From: an uncultured virus (IMG/VR IMGVR_UViG_3300022700_000186)
Lineage: Duplodnaviria > Heunggongvirae > Uroviricota > Caudoviricetes
DNA length: 64,000 bases
IMG/VR virus record: IMGVR_UViG_3300022700_000186
Direction: 5' to 3' (one strand)
The position numbers and the translations under genes were made by a program. A model generated the notes under the pieces. It did no database searches. It was not told where the DNA came from and saw nothing but the letters and a program-made list of their open reading frames with translations. Positions 26,194 through 37,346 of this stretch are shown here, one piece after another; the first letter of the stretch is position 1, and the number at the start of each line of letters is the position of its first letter.

Positions 26194-29100
26194 GTGATAA
26201 AAATGTATAATAAAAAAATAAAAATAAAAGCATCAGTTATGGTATTATTCTTAATCATCCAGATATTAGGATTCACTATGGTGATACCTGTCATCACCAA
26301 GCAGGAACCAGTATCAGCGGCGAGTTCTACAGTTATATATTATTTCGATGATTATTTATCTTCAGATTGGAATAATCCCGATAATCTTGTAGATGGAGAC
26401 GATGATAGATATAGTGATTCCGGTGAAGACGGTGATGAGTTTGCTTTAGATGAAAATAGTTATCCAGGTGTAGGAGAAGGAGATGATATTACAAAAGTAG
26501 AGTTTAGAGCATGTGGTAAGCAGATTGATGGCGCTAAAGTGGATTTAGTTCCTATATTCAGTAGTGGTAATCCTGGAGACACTCGGACATTTTTACCAGA
26601 CAGTGTTAAATCATACTCCGATTGGTATGATATCACAAATGATAAAGCGGCTCCTAGAGATTGGGCTTGGGATGATATTGCACTGTTAAACTTAGAAGGG
26701 ACATCTGATTTGAGTTCTGGTAGAAAAGTCGAATTATCCATAATCGAAATTCGTGTTACATACACCGTAGAGGAAGAAGAACCAGAACCCCCAACCAGTT
26801 TTTCTGCCGATGCCTATAATTATACACAAATTAATCTTACGTGGACTAAAGGCATTAATGCAACCCATACATATATAGAATGGAATTCAACTTCAACGTG
26901 GACAAGAGGTCAAGGAACTGAAATCTACAATAACACAGGTAACAACTATAATCATGGTAGTCTAGACTCTAATACAACCTACTATTATCAAGCATGGAGT
27001 TATAACAGCACATCAGGATTATGGAACGATACATATGTAAGTGCAAGTAATACTACTACTACAGTTGAATCACCGACAATAATAATTAATTTTGCTGGAA
27101 ATCTTTCAGATAGTGGTGGACCTTACTGGAGACCACCAGGAGAAACCATAGCACTCTCTGGAGATTGGTTGGATGGATATTATACCAATAGTTCACATCA
27201 ACAAGAAGATTGGATTTATATAAATTGTTCAATCACTAATGCAACAACTGTCTATCTTGATTGGTTGAATGAAACAACTTGGACAAATGGAAGTTATGCA
27301 TTATCTAATCCTGTTGGTAATTATTGGGAGATAAATACTTCTGGTAATATTACAAACATTGCTGAAGGATATAATTATAGTTTCAATATTAATGCGACAG
27401 GTAATGGTGGTAATACTATCGGTGAATGGAACAAAACTGCACTTGGTGGCAATTATAGAAGACGTTTCATTCAGTTAAATTGTACAACAGTTAATATAGA
27501 ATATACTCCTTTCTATTTTTACAATGCGGCATATTCTTCGGGTGACCAGTCAAAGAATGATAGACTTATTAGAGACCAAGGTCCAGACGGTTCTACAACT
27601 GATACAGGATTTTTTGAAACCAGAATTCCTGATAACTCAGTAAGTCTACGAAGCTGTACATCTTTTGTTGGATATAAATTCAATCCAAATTTTTGTATAG
27701 AATCTGGAACCATTAGTAATATCTACTACCATTTTTGGACAACAGCAGATGAAGTAGATTTTCATTCTGTTAGTTTTGGTAAAGGTAGACAGGCATTTCC
27801 AAATGATGACAGTGGTGGTGGTAATACTTGGGTTCAGAGTGAACCAGAAGATAGAGTAACATTATCATATGATGGTGATACATACTATCTTTATACTAGA
27901 AAGTATGATATAAATACACTAAATATAGATGAGGATTTTACAGATAATGATATTTTTGAATATCATCTACGAATTGTTTCAGAAGATGCATTGAAAACAA
28001 TATCAAATAGAAGTTTTTCAAGTTTTATAGTCATCAATTTAGATAATGATTTTATTTTAGATGATATGGATACTGATAATGATGGCTTGAATGATTATGA
28101 TGAATTATTTGTTTACTATACAAATCCATTTGTGAATGATACTGATAATGATGGAGTAACTGATTGGGAAGAAGTTCAAACAGGAAGTGACCCAAATGTC
28201 TATACTAATACAACAATTTATGTTGCACCACCAGAACCGCCAACTTTATTTAATGCAGTAAAATATAACGGTACTAGAATTGATTTAAGTTGGTCTAATG
28301 GAATAAATTCAACTTCAACATATATAGAGTATAATCAAACTATGAGTTGGTGTGAATTTGATACAGCCGAAGGTTGGACTGACCCAGAAAATTCAATTGA
28401 TGGAGATACTGAAACCCGTGCAAAAACTGTGACACAAGACAATTATCTATATGTAAATTTAACTAATCCAATTTATTCAAACAAAATAAGGGTTAATTCA
28501 GCAAGAGTTGCAAAACTAGATAGTGAGTGGAATGATAGTCTAGTTATTGATGTTTATTATGAGAATGATTGGCATAATTTACATAATGGAGAAATAGAAA
28601 AATTTACATACGTTGAATTTGAAATTGGTGATTTTAAAAAAATAAGTTCTGTCAGAATTATTTCTTTAGTTGCTGAAATAGGAAATGCTTCCCACATATA
28701 TTCAGTTCAGTATAACGGTAGTATGTGGGAAAGAGGAAATGGTACGGAAATCTACAATAATACTGGGGAAAGTTTTAGTCATACTGGGTTAGTTGCAAAT
28801 TCTTTATATTATTATCAAGCTTGGAGTTATCGAGCCACTGGAAACCCAATTCGTTGGAGTGGATATGTTGAAGGGAGTAATACTACTACAGAAATAGGTA
28901 ATCCAGAAGACCCAACCAATTTCGATGTTAGTGCTTACAATTCTACACAAATAAATCTTACGTGGACAAAGGGAGCGAATGCTACTCATACCTATATTGA
29001 ATGGCATAACTTTTTTTTCGATTGGGACAGAGGAGATGGAAATTTTATATATAACGATACTGGAGAGTCATATTATCATACAAGCTTAGACCCAAACACT

Positions 29101-31017
29101 ATGTATTATTATATTGCATGGAGTTATAACAATGAAACTAACCTTTGGAGTACTACTGGAATTGGAAATGCTGATGGTACTAGTCAGAATGAAACAGACC
29201 CAGTTACAGAACTCACATTACCTTCAGTTTATCCAACATCTGGTGTTGCTTCTTACACTAATTTCTATTTTAATGTCACATGGAAAGATACTACTTATAC
29301 TCCTGAAGATGGTTACTTAAAGGTCAATATTTCTAAAGATGGATGGTATACAAACCAGTCGATGTCTTTATACGAAGGGAAACATACTATATCAGATAGT
29401 GTTATAGATAATTATACATGGGGATTAAGTTGGAATGGTAATATGCATACAAAAGATTGTTTTTATCGCCTTAATTCTTCTAACTATTTTGTTTCTGCTG
29501 GTTATGGTTGGCTTTCAACATTAGAAATAAATGACAATGGTTCAATTGTTAATAGTATTATTGACCAATGGGAGTTTGATGCGACATACGGTAAATTTTC
29601 TGGTATTCTACATATATCTGATGACATATATTTAGTTTATAGTCAAGCTGAATCAAATAGTTATTTGTTTACTACTCGTATCTGGAGCACAAATGGCACC
29701 CTTCAAAAAACGATGATAGATAGTGAGACATATACAAAAGCAATTAAACATGATGTTATTCATGTTACTGATGATATTTATGCTTTGACATATCAGGAAT
29801 ATAGTGGTGATTATGACAACTTCCTTGAAACCTATGAAGTAACTTCTACTGGTGAAATAAGTTCTCGTATAGATTATGTGGAATATGATGAAAGTTCAAT
29901 ATCAGGAACAGGCACTTGCCCAATGATGTGTTCTGTTGATTCTGATACAATAGCAATAGTATATAATTGTAACCCAAGTGAGGATGGTAATGCAATTACT
30001 TATAACATAAGTGATTCTGGTGAAATAACAAACACGTATGCCGACTTTTGGGAATATGATGTAGTAGAAAGTAATGATGCTTTCATTAAGAAAATATCTG
30101 GCACTACCTATGCAATAGCATATAGTGACACTTCAGGTGATGGACAAATAAAAACTTTAACAATATCGGATGAAGGTGCTATTACTGAATCATTTATTGA
30201 TACACTTGAATTTGATACTGGTGACTGTGAGTGTCCTATTATATTTACTATAGAAGATGGGAGTGTTTATGGCATATCATATATGAATAGCAATGAGAGA
30301 TTTGTATGCTCTATTAATATTAGTTCTGATGGTACGATAGAAGATTCAATTTTAGATTCTCTATCATATGATTCAACTTATAACCATTATTATGCACCTA
30401 TTTGTTATCTTTCAGATGGTTATTATGTATTGTGTTATAGCGGTGATGGAGGTAGTAAAAATGGCAAGTTGGCTACGATAAATATAGCAGAGGGTCTTGT
30501 TTATCAATATTCAACGACATTAACAACAGGTTCATATAATTATACATTTCATGCTAATAATAGTATAAGATACAATTCATCAGGTCCACATTCTGGTCCT
30601 ACGGTAGAATCACAATCATTATCATTCACAATTACAACATCAAGTGACGGAGACCTTTTCTTTAAAGATTGGACGTTAGATTTAACAGGTGTGGGTTTAA
30701 CAACACAGTACAATGTTACCGAAGATAATCAAACAGGTTCATTACCCGCTCTTAACATTACGAATACAGGAAACATACCGTTAAACTTCTCTATTAATTG
30801 GAGTTCAGACCCAGGAAGCGGCATTATAATGAAATGGAGTTCTACGAATAGTTCACCAAACCACGGGACAAATACGGTAGCAGAAGACCCATCTTCCACT
30901 CAAATAATTACTGATTTACAACAAATGTCTTCAGAAGAGATATGGTTATGGATGGACTTTACAAATGTCCAATCTCATGAATCAAGTGCAAACATACAAA
31001 TAGTATCGGGGACATAA
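26194..31017 (+). CDS. 1607-aa secreted adhesin: FN3 repeats, TSP3-like Ca-binding motifs, beta-propeller, C-terminal subunit-like domain
   Basis: Repeats PxxF.A..YNxTQINLTWTKG..ATHTYIEW..YYYQAWSY; DTDNDGLND/DTDNDGVTD; C-terminus aligns by eye with 31074 and 32677. Confidence 0.85.
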   Translation: MIKMYNKKIKIKASVMVLFLIIQILGFTMVIPVITKQEPVSAASSTVIYYFDDYLSSDWNNPDNLVDGDDDRYSDSGEDGDEFALDENSYPGVGEGDDITKVEFRACGKQIDGAKVDLVPIFSSGNPGDTRTFLPDSVKSYSDWYDITNDKAAPRDWAWDDIALLNLEGTSDLSSGRKVELSIIEIRVTYTVEEEEPEPPTSFSADAYNYTQINLTWTKGINATHTYIEWNSTSTWTRGQGTEIYNNTGNNYNHGSLDSNTTYYYQAWSYNSTSGLWNDTYVSASNTTTTVESPTIIINFAGNLSDSGGPYWRPPGETIALSGDWLDGYYTNSSHQQEDWIYINCSITNATTVYLDWLNETTWTNGSYALSNPVGNYWEINTSGNITNIAEGYNYSFNINATGNGGNTIGEWNKTALGGNYRRRFIQLNCTTVNIEYTPFYFYNAAYSSGDQSKNDRLIRDQGPDGSTTDTGFFETRIPDNSVSLRSCTSFVGYKFNPNFCIESGTISNIYYHFWTTADEVDFHSVSFGKGRQAFPNDDSGGGNTWVQSEPEDRVTLSYDGDTYYLYTRKYDINTLNIDEDFTDNDIFEYHLRIVSEDALKTISNRSFSSFIVINLDNDFILDDMDTDNDGLNDYDELFVYYTNPFVNDTDNDGVTDWEEVQTGSDPNVYTNTTIYVAPPEPPTLFNAVKYNGTRIDLSWSNGINSTSTYIEYNQTMSWCEFDTAEGWTDPENSIDGDTETRAKTVTQDNYLYVNLTNPIYSNKIRVNSARVAKLDSEWNDSLVIDVYYENDWHNLHNGEIEKFTYVEFEIGDFKKISSVRIISLVAEIGNASHIYSVQYNGSMWERGNGTEIYNNTGESFSHTGLVANSLYYYQAWSYRATGNPIRWSGYVEGSNTTTEIGNPEDPTNFDVSAYNSTQINLTWTKGANATHTYIEWHNFFFDWDRGDGNFIYNDTGESYYHTSLDPNTMYYYIAWSYNNETNLWSTTGIGNADGTSQNETDPVTELTLPSVYPTSGVASYTNFYFNVTWKDTTYTPEDGYLKVNISKDGWYTNQSMSLYEGKHTISDSVIDNYTWGLSWNGNMHTKDCFYRLNSSNYFVSAGYGWLSTLEINDNGSIVNSIIDQWEFDATYGKFSGILHISDDIYLVYSQAESNSYLFTTRIWSTNGTLQKTMIDSETYTKAIKHDVIHVTDDIYALTYQEYSGDYDNFLETYEVTSTGEISSRIDYVEYDESSISGTGTCPMMCSVDSDTIAIVYNCNPSEDGNAITYNISDSGEITNTYADFWEYDVVESNDAFIKKISGTTYAIAYSDTSGDGQIKTLTISDEGAITESFIDTLEFDTGDCECPIIFTIEDGSVYGISYMNSNERFVCSINISSDGTIEDSILDSLSYDSTYNHYYAPICYLSDGYYVLCYSGDGGSKNGKLATINIAEGLVYQYSTTLTTGSYNYTFHANNSIRYNSSGPHSGPTVESQSLSFTITTSSDGDLFFKDWTLDLTGVGLTTQYNVTEDNQTGSLPALNITNTGNIPLNFSINWSSDPGSGIIMKWSSTNSSPNHGTNTVAEDPSSTQIITDLQQMSSEEIWLWMDFTNVQSHESSANIQIVSGT

Positions 31018-31073
31018 TAGTTAAATAATATCGGTCATTATAATCAATGACAACCTCGAGGTGAAAAAGAAAA

Positions 31074-31625
31074 ATGAGAAAATATAAAATGAAAAAAGTG
31101 TACACAATAGGGATAATGTTATCCTTTGTTGTCGTATTTTTAGGGGCTGGTGCGTTAGCTGACAACGAAAATGTTACAGTATCTTGGGTCGTTCCCGCAG
31201 ATACAAGTTTTTCCTTGGCATTTGCTGGTGCTGAAACAGAAATAGATTTCGATGATAATGTAGATGGAACGGACTTTACACACGCCGCTCCAGATAGTCA
31301 AGCATCTGGAACACCAATGTTGACCTTAACAAATAATGGAAATACTCCCGTAGATGTTAAAATGGCATTTGATTCTGTGTTTGATGATGATGGAATAGCA
31401 TTTTTTAATGCTAGCATTGATAATATTGATAACTCTTCATTATTCTTTTGGGAAGGACAAGCTATGGGTGGTACCGACAATGCTACTAACAACCAAACTG
31501 TAAAGGAAGATTTAGCAATAGGAGCAAATCTACAAATTTGGATTTGGTCCACTGGTCGTAGCGTCGAGCAAAGTGAAGTTGATACTGATACGGAAACGTT
31601 AGCAATAACAACAATAGATTCCTAG
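31074..31625 (+). CDS. Secreted beta-sandwich glycoprotein, family A copy 1
   Basis: Signal peptide; VTVSWVVPADTSF..SQASGTP.LTLTNNGN..IWIWSTG. Confidence 0.75.
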   Translation: MRKYKMKKVYTIGIMLSFVVVFLGAGALADNENVTVSWVVPADTSFSLAFAGAETEIDFDDNVDGTDFTHAAPDSQASGTPMLTLTNNGNTPVDVKMAFDSVFDDDGIAFFNASIDNIDNSSLFFWEGQAMGGTDNATNNQTVKEDLAIGANLQIWIWSTGRSVEQSEVDTDTETLAITTIDS

Positions 31626-31640
31626 ACAGGTTGAATTTCT

Positions 31641-32672
31641 ATGAAAAAGAAGGTTAAGGTAGTAATATCTCTGGTAGCAATAATTTCCGTTTCGGTGACA
31701 GCGATAGCATTGTACACAACAAACAATTCCGAAAATAAGAACCCTTTCAGTATATTTGACTTGATTCATGATGTTGGTAATCCAAAATACAATTATACAG
31801 ATGATGTTCAAATCCAAAAGTCAAACTATCTTCCTTCTATTAAAAACAACATAACTGGAGATTATAGACCAAAGTACGATATTAGAGATGAAGAATATGA
31901 GTGGATTTTCGGCGAATTACCACCGTTCCCATCTGATTTCTTTCAAGTATTAGAGCTTGTAGAAGATGGAAAGATTACAGATTATGCTAGAATATCTCCT
32001 TCATATTGGAAACAACCAGAATTTTATGTTGGATGGTTTTCTTCCTTAGACTTATACAATGATAACAATCCTAATACTTGGATTCATTCTGGATATGGTT
32101 GCTACCCTCTCATAAAACAAGTCAGTGCAAATGCAGGAAATGACATAGTTGTAAACACCTATTTTAAGAGTAGTTACGCTGTTGAAGCATATCAAGGATT
32201 GATTGTAAGTCCATATTTACCAGAGTCTGCTCTTTCAATGACTGGAGTTAGTCTTTATGATAATCCAGAAGATGTTGAAAAATATATCTCTGTTGAAATT
32301 ACAAATGAAAATAATCAACTATATGAATCCTTTAAGAATGATATAGAAAAAACGAATGTTAATAGTAGTGATTGGTTCACTGTACTTGAGCCGACCTATA
32401 ATCCACATTTGAATTATAAAGGAGAAATTACTTCTTATTCAGGATTTCCCGAAAGCTGGGTAAGATTGTTAAACCTTTCCGTTTCTATATCGGATGATTG
32501 CCCTCCAGGAGATTATGTTGTTGCAATAGAAACATTAACACCATGTTTTGATATAAATCAGGAATTTTATTATTCTTTAGAACATGAATATTATGGAAAG
32601 AAATATGTTCCTGGTGGAAAAATATACAAAAGAACAATACCACATTTTCAATTAATATTAGAGGTGAATTAG
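31641..32672 (+). CDS. Membrane-anchored protein, family B copy 1
   Basis: NNITGDYRP..LPPFPSDF..YWKQPEFY..GYGCYP..DCPPG..PHFQLIL. Confidence 0.75.
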   Translation: MKKKVKVVISLVAIISVSVTAIALYTTNNSENKNPFSIFDLIHDVGNPKYNYTDDVQIQKSNYLPSIKNNITGDYRPKYDIRDEEYEWIFGELPPFPSDFFQVLELVEDGKITDYARISPSYWKQPEFYVGWFSSLDLYNDNNPNTWIHSGYGCYPLIKQVSANAGNDIVVNTYFKSSYAVEAYQGLIVSPYLPESALSMTGVSLYDNPEDVEKYISVEITNENNQLYESFKNDIEKTNVNSSDWFTVLEPTYNPHLNYKGEITSYSGFPESWVRLLNLSVSISDDCPPGDYVVAIETLTPCFDINQEFYYSLEHEYYGKKYVPGGKIYKRTIPHFQLILEVN

Positions 32673-32676
32673 AAAA

Positions 32677-33222
32677 ATGGAAAAAAAGATAAAAATGGAA
32701 AAAAAGACAAAAACAAAGATATTTGGAATTGCCATAGCTTTTTGCTTGGTTGTAGTATTTGGAGCAGCTGCTACAGTTACAGCTTCAAATCAGAATATTG
32801 TAGTTACTTGGATTGTTCCAGGTGATACAAGTTTTTCTTATGATTTGGCTGGTGATGAAACTGAAATTGTATTTGATTGCGACGGAATGAACTTTTCTGA
32901 AGTAGGAATGCGAAGTCAAGCATCTGGAACACCAGGTTTAACTATCACAAATGGAGGTAATAAGGCATTACAAATCAATATGACTTTCAGTAGTGCTTGG
33001 TATGACGAAGGTATTGATTTCTTTAATGTAAGTGTCAATACAAACGATAATACAACTGCGTTTTGGTGGACAAACGCAAATGAAACTGATAATCAAACTG
33101 TTGTTGATTCATTACCAATTTCAAACAGCGAAGATTTCTGGTTTTGGTCTACTGGAACAGAAGTAGGTGAAACCGCAGAAGGTAGTGCTGACACAGAAAC
33201 GCTTGAAATTTGGGCGACATAA
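32677..33222 (+). CDS. Secreted beta-sandwich glycoprotein, family A copy 2
   Basis: IVVTWIVPGDTSF..SQASGTPGLTITNGGN..FWFWSTG. Confidence 0.75.
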   Translation: MEKKIKMEKKTKTKIFGIAIAFCLVVVFGAAATVTASNQNIVVTWIVPGDTSFSYDLAGDETEIVFDCDGMNFSEVGMRSQASGTPGLTITNGGNKALQINMTFSSAWYDEGIDFFNVSVNTNDNTTAFWWTNANETDNQTVVDSLPISNSEDFWFWSTGTEVGETAEGSADTETLEIWAT

Positions 33223-33234
33223 GAGGAAAATTTT

Positions 33235-34242
33235 ATGAAAAGGAAATACCTCTTCCTTTTTATAATTATCATCATTACAACAACGATATCACTAGCTGGA
33301 TGTAATGATAATAATACATATGAAGAAGATGAAACAGAAGGACCAAGATACGATTATATTGGTGCAGGAGAAGTTTTTCCTGTAAGAGACATTAAAACAT
33401 CATACAATAACATAACTGGTGACTACAGACCAACATATGACAATATGTCTGATGAAGAATACGAATGGATTTTTGGTAATCTTCCGTCATTTCCTGACGA
33501 TTTCTACTCCCTTGTAACACTTGTTTATGAAGGAAAGGTAACTGATTTTGGCAGAATAGGTAAAGAGTATTGGATTCAACCAGAATTCTACACTTCATGG
33601 TACGGACTTTATGAAAAGTACTATCTGAACAATTCAAAAGAAAGTTGGTGTCCGGAAGGTTACGGGTGTTTCCCTCTATTAAAAGAAGCAAATGCTGAGA
33701 AAGGAACAACAATAGTTGCTGACACATATTTTAGAACAGGAGTAGGTGTTGAAGCATATCAAGGAATGGTTATTAGACCAAAAATTCCAAACACAGCAAA
33801 AAACATATTAGGAGAAACTATTTTTGAGCAAAATCCCAAAGAAATATCAAAATATTTCAATATTAAAATAAACAACCCAGACAATGAAATCTTCAACTCC
33901 TTCAAGGATAACTTATTTTCTCATAACGTTGAGGAAGGTGATTGGTTTGTTATTTTAAAACCAACATACAGCGAAATAACCGATAAATATGGAAATTACA
34001 TAAGATACGAAGGATTTCCAGATGATTGGGTACGATTATTAAACTACGAAATAGAAATTTCACCAGATTGTCCCCCAGGAAATTATGCTTTTTCAATAGA
34101 TATCGTTGAACCATGTTTTTCTATAAATCAGGAGTTCTACTTCTCAACAGAACATGAAAAATACGGAAGACTTTACAATCCTGCGGGAAGATTGTTCCAA
34201 TCAAATTTACCTCACTTTCAGTTGATATTACATGTATCATAA
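33235..34242 (+). CDS. Lipoprotein, family B copy 2
   Basis: Lipobox LAGC; same motifs as 31641. Confidence 0.75.
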   Translation: MKRKYLFLFIIIIITTTISLAGCNDNNTYEEDETEGPRYDYIGAGEVFPVRDIKTSYNNITGDYRPTYDNMSDEEYEWIFGNLPSFPDDFYSLVTLVYEGKVTDFGRIGKEYWIQPEFYTSWYGLYEKYYLNNSKESWCPEGYGCFPLLKEANAEKGTTIVADTYFRTGVGVEAYQGMVIRPKIPNTAKNILGETIFEQNPKEISKYFNIKINNPDNEIFNSFKDNLFSHNVEEGDWFVILKPTYSEITDKYGNYIRYEGFPDDWVRLLNYEIEISPDCPPGNYAFSIDIVEPCFSINQEFYFSTEHEKYGRLYNPAGRLFQSNLPHFQLILHVS

Positions 34243-35068
34243 AATCATTTCAGCAGTGTTAGTCATTATTCTGTTATTATTACCTAGTTTTAACGCCAGT
34301 GAATTAAATGAAGAAACAAATGATTATAGACCAGAATACTCGTTTGGTTATTCAGCATTTGAAAAACTAAAATCATTTCCAAAAGATTTCTTTGAAGTAA
34401 AATCACTTGTTGCAACACAGGATGTTTTAGTATCTCAATTAAATGATAGTTACTATCAACCAGAATTATTACCAAACTGGGAGTATTGGTCTGAAAAAGC
34501 ATATTCCGAAGACAGCTTATCATTTGGTAGTTATGGTGTATTTATCTATCCTTCAAGATATGATGTATACAACGTAAAAGAAGGCATGATATTCAACATA
34601 TCTGCACTTGTTTACTCACACTTTGGAATACAAAAATATCAAGGAGTTAAGCTAATAGCATCACATAACGATTCAATAGACGTAACATTCACAACACCAA
34701 CAGAAATTCTTTTAAAACCTACATATCCATATTTTCATAATGGATGGATGCAACTCATAGAGATGGAAGTATATGTAAAAGAAAATGCAAGTTCAGTTAT
34801 TAAAATAAAAGAAAGAAAACCAGACAATGATAATCAATGGAAGCAAACTTACGGTAATAATTACACTTCTGGAAGTAGTCTGTTTAGTCAAATCACACCT
34901 AAGTGTACTATTAACCTTTACCGTGTTCCACCTCCAGTAGAGGAAGACAATGAAGAATCTATCTTTGGTTTTACATTAATAATGATTTTCGCTTCTATAA
35001 TGATTTTCGCTTCTATTATATTATCAATCAAGAACGGTTATGACAGAACAAAAAAGAAGGAAAGATAA
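34232..35068 (+). CDS. Divergent family B copy with C-terminal TM
   Basis: DYRPEY..SFPKDFF..YYQPEL..YQG..LKPTY; hydrophobic tail. Confidence 0.7.
   Translation: MYHKIISAVLVIILLLLPSFNASELNEETNDYRPEYSFGYSAFEKLKSFPKDFFEVKSLVATQDVLVSQLNDSYYQPELLPNWEYWSEKAYSEDSLSFGSYGVFIYPSRYDVYNVKEGMIFNISALVYSHFGIQKYQGVKLIASHNDSIDVTFTTPTEILLKPTYPYFHNGWMQLIEMEVYVKENASSVIKIKERKPDNDNQWKQTYGNNYTSGSSLFSQITPKCTINLYRVPPPVEEDNEESIFGFTLIMIFASIMIFASIILSIKNGYDRTKKKER
34979..35014 (+). repeat. 18-bp in-frame tandem duplication (IMIFAS x2)
   Basis: ataatgattttcgcttct x2. Confidence 0.85.
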
Positions 35069-35073
35069 TTATT

Positions 35074-36579
35074 ATGGCAGAGAGAAGGAGAAGGAAAGAT
35101 AATTGTTTTTCCAAAAAAAGAAAAAGAAAAGTAATAGTTGCTATTACATTGTTAGTTTTAATTAGTATAATATCATATGGTGCATACGTCTTTATTACAG
35201 TAACATGGATAGTTACTATACCAACACCGTCTGTAAATCTTATAAGTCCAACTGATAACACAGAGCTAGCTGTAAATACAACAGAATTTAATTGGACTGG
35301 TTCAGGCGGTTCAGGAACTCTTACATACGTGTGGTATGCAGATACCGACCCAACATTTACAAGTCCAAATGTCCGGTCTATTTTTATGGATACAACAACT
35401 AACGTAACACCATCACCCTTTGTCGATGGTGATTGGTATTGGCGGGTTGAAGTTACCGATGGAGAAAACATCAATGTATCAGAAACATGGCATTTCAAAG
35501 TACAAACGGTACCAGATAATTATTTCCCTTATCTTGAAAACGCTTCGCTATCACCAACAGATGGAACAACAGGAACAACATTCCATTATAACATAACATT
35601 TTACGATTTAGATAATGACACAGCAGAATACGTTAACGTATCAATTGATGGAAGTCAATATATGATGAGTGAAGTCGATGCAAGTGATATCAACACTACA
35701 AACGGAAAGAATTATACATACACAACAACCCTACCTGTTGGAGTACATAACTATAGTTTTGTTTGCTCAGACGGTAATGCTACCAACTCGACCATTCTTT
35801 ATGTTGGTCCTACTGTTATTCAAGCTCAAGCACCTGTAATATCAAATCATTCGCCAGCAAATGAATCGGTTGATATAGATTTAAACCCAGGATTTAGTAT
35901 AACGGTTTCTGACGCAAATGGTGACTTAATGAATATTACATGGTATGATAACTCAAGCGGAGCATGGACGGTATTTGCAACCAATACAAACGTGAATAAC
36001 GGAACGTACAATCAGGACAACACCAATATCACTGATTACAATACAGTATATTGGTGGAAAGTTGTAGTTGCTGATGAGTCAAATAGTACTACAGCAATTT
36101 ACCACTTTCGAACAATAACAGCAATTTCCATATATGATATTTATCCTTCAAATAGTGATATTGATATTTGTCCTTGTGCTTTGCTACAAGCGGAAAGTGG
36201 TATATATATGCTGAGAACTCCTTTGTTCTTTGGTGTAAGAAATGATAATGGAAGTCTTATGAATGTAACAGTTTTTATGAAAGATATTTCTGGTAGTTAT
36301 GAAAGTGTATACAGAGAAAATAATACAGGAAATGGTACTGTTTGGTTTTATCTTGATGTTGCGACAAATGAAACATATTATTGGTATGTAAATATAACCG
36401 ACACAACTAACAATGATACATTTACTTCTGATGTGTATAATTTTACAACAATAGATGATATTCTGGATTGCAACGTAACTTTAGGTAAAGGTAGTAGTTA
36501 TGCATGGGTAGTCGGTGTTGCTTTGGCTCTTATGTGTGTACCTTTGGTTTTTGTTTTAAGGAAAAAGGAGGAAAGATAG
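35074..36579 (+). CDS. Ig/FN3-like repeat glycoprotein with N- and C-terminal TMs
   Basis: LISPxDN, WYWRVEV, PVISNHSPAN..YWWKV repeats. Confidence 0.8.
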   Translation: MAERRRRKDNCFSKKRKRKVIVAITLLVLISIISYGAYVFITVTWIVTIPTPSVNLISPTDNTELAVNTTEFNWTGSGGSGTLTYVWYADTDPTFTSPNVRSIFMDTTTNVTPSPFVDGDWYWRVEVTDGENINVSETWHFKVQTVPDNYFPYLENASLSPTDGTTGTTFHYNITFYDLDNDTAEYVNVSIDGSQYMMSEVDASDINTTNGKNYTYTTTLPVGVHNYSFVCSDGNATNSTILYVGPTVIQAQAPVISNHSPANESVDIDLNPGFSITVSDANGDLMNITWYDNSSGAWTVFATNTNVNNGTYNQDNTNITDYNTVYWWKVVVADESNSTTAIYHFRTITAISIYDIYPSNSDIDICPCALLQAESGIYMLRTPLFFGVRNDNGSLMNVTVFMKDISGSYESVYRENNTGNGTVWFYLDVATNETYYWYVNITDTTNNDTFTSDVYNFTTIDDILDCNVTLGKGSSYAWVVGVALALMCVPLVFVLRKKEER

Positions 36580-36861
36580 ATGCTAGAAAGTGTATTTATA
36601 ATGTTTATAGCAATGGGGTTTGTGTTATTTATATTGGGGATAGAAAGATACAGTATAACATATTCAATCACAAGCATATTGATGTGGATAGTAATACTTG
36701 CGGGACAACTTTATATTGAAGTTCCTAATGATGTCGCTTACAGTGAACCAGCATTCTATGGTGTGGGACTTGGCTTTATTATTGTAAACATCATATGGAT
36801 AGTAATACAACAAATGGGAACTGTAAATGAAGGAAGAAATAGACCTCCACATTTGAGGTAA
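36580..36861 (+). CDS. Three-TM membrane protein
   Basis: Hydrophobicity pattern. Confidence 0.7.
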   Translation: MLESVFIMFIAMGFVLFILGIERYSITYSITSILMWIVILAGQLYIEVPNDVAYSEPAFYGVGLGFIIVNIIWIVIQQMGTVNEGRNRPPHLR

Positions 36862-36984
36862 TTTCCACCTTTTTAAACCTTTTTGAATTTTTAATACGGA
36901 CATAAGATATAGACAACGGTTATTATACACTTTTATATGTTCTGTCCAACAGTTATGACATACATTATCAATTAATATTTTAGG

Positions 36985-36992
36985 TTTATAAA
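36985..36992 (+). promoter_or_regulatory. TATA box upstream of the putative major capsid gene
   Basis: TTTATAAA; strong SD AAGGAGGTG before 37050. Confidence 0.55.
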
Positions 36993-37049
36993 GGACCTCC
37001 GCCCATAGTATTTAATAGAATGTTTAAAAAATTAAAGGAGGTGTAGATA

Positions 37050-37301
37050 GTGAAAGCTGAATTTGGCTTTATCGACCCTGGAGCAATAATGGGTGTAGTA
37101 GTATCCCTAATTATTCTCGCTGTCGGTGTATTCGCATTTTTCGTTACTATTAGCGAAATTCCAACAAGCGACGCAACGACAACAGAAGCTGTCAATAACG
37201 TAGCTTCCACAGGTAACTCAGTGTTCAATATCATTGGTATTGTTCTGATTATCGGTGCGATTATGTCTATTGTGGGTCTAGTCTACAACTATGTACGATA
37301 A
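37050..37301 (+). CDS. Putative major capsid protein, spindle-shaped virus type
   Basis: 83 aa, two hydrophobic helices with a polar S/T/N linker as in SSV1 VP1/His1 MCP; own promoter, strong SD, 3' hairpins. Confidence 0.72.
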   Translation: MKAEFGFIDPGAIMGVVVSLIILAVGVFAFFVTISEIPTSDATTTEAVNNVASTGNSVFNIIGIVLIIGAIMSIVGLVYNYVR

Positions 37302-37304
37302 TGA

Positions 37305-37346
37305 TGCCTAATTAGGCAGAATGAGGTATAGAGTTCCTATACCTCA
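37305..37346 (+). terminator. Hairpins after the MCP gene (terminator/stabiliser)
   Basis: Palindrome tgcctaattaggca; tgaggtatag-agttc-ctatacctca. Confidence 0.55.

Noticed and set aside
34979..35014. 18-bp duplication as a regulatory repeat
   Set aside because: It is in frame and simply lengthens a TM helix
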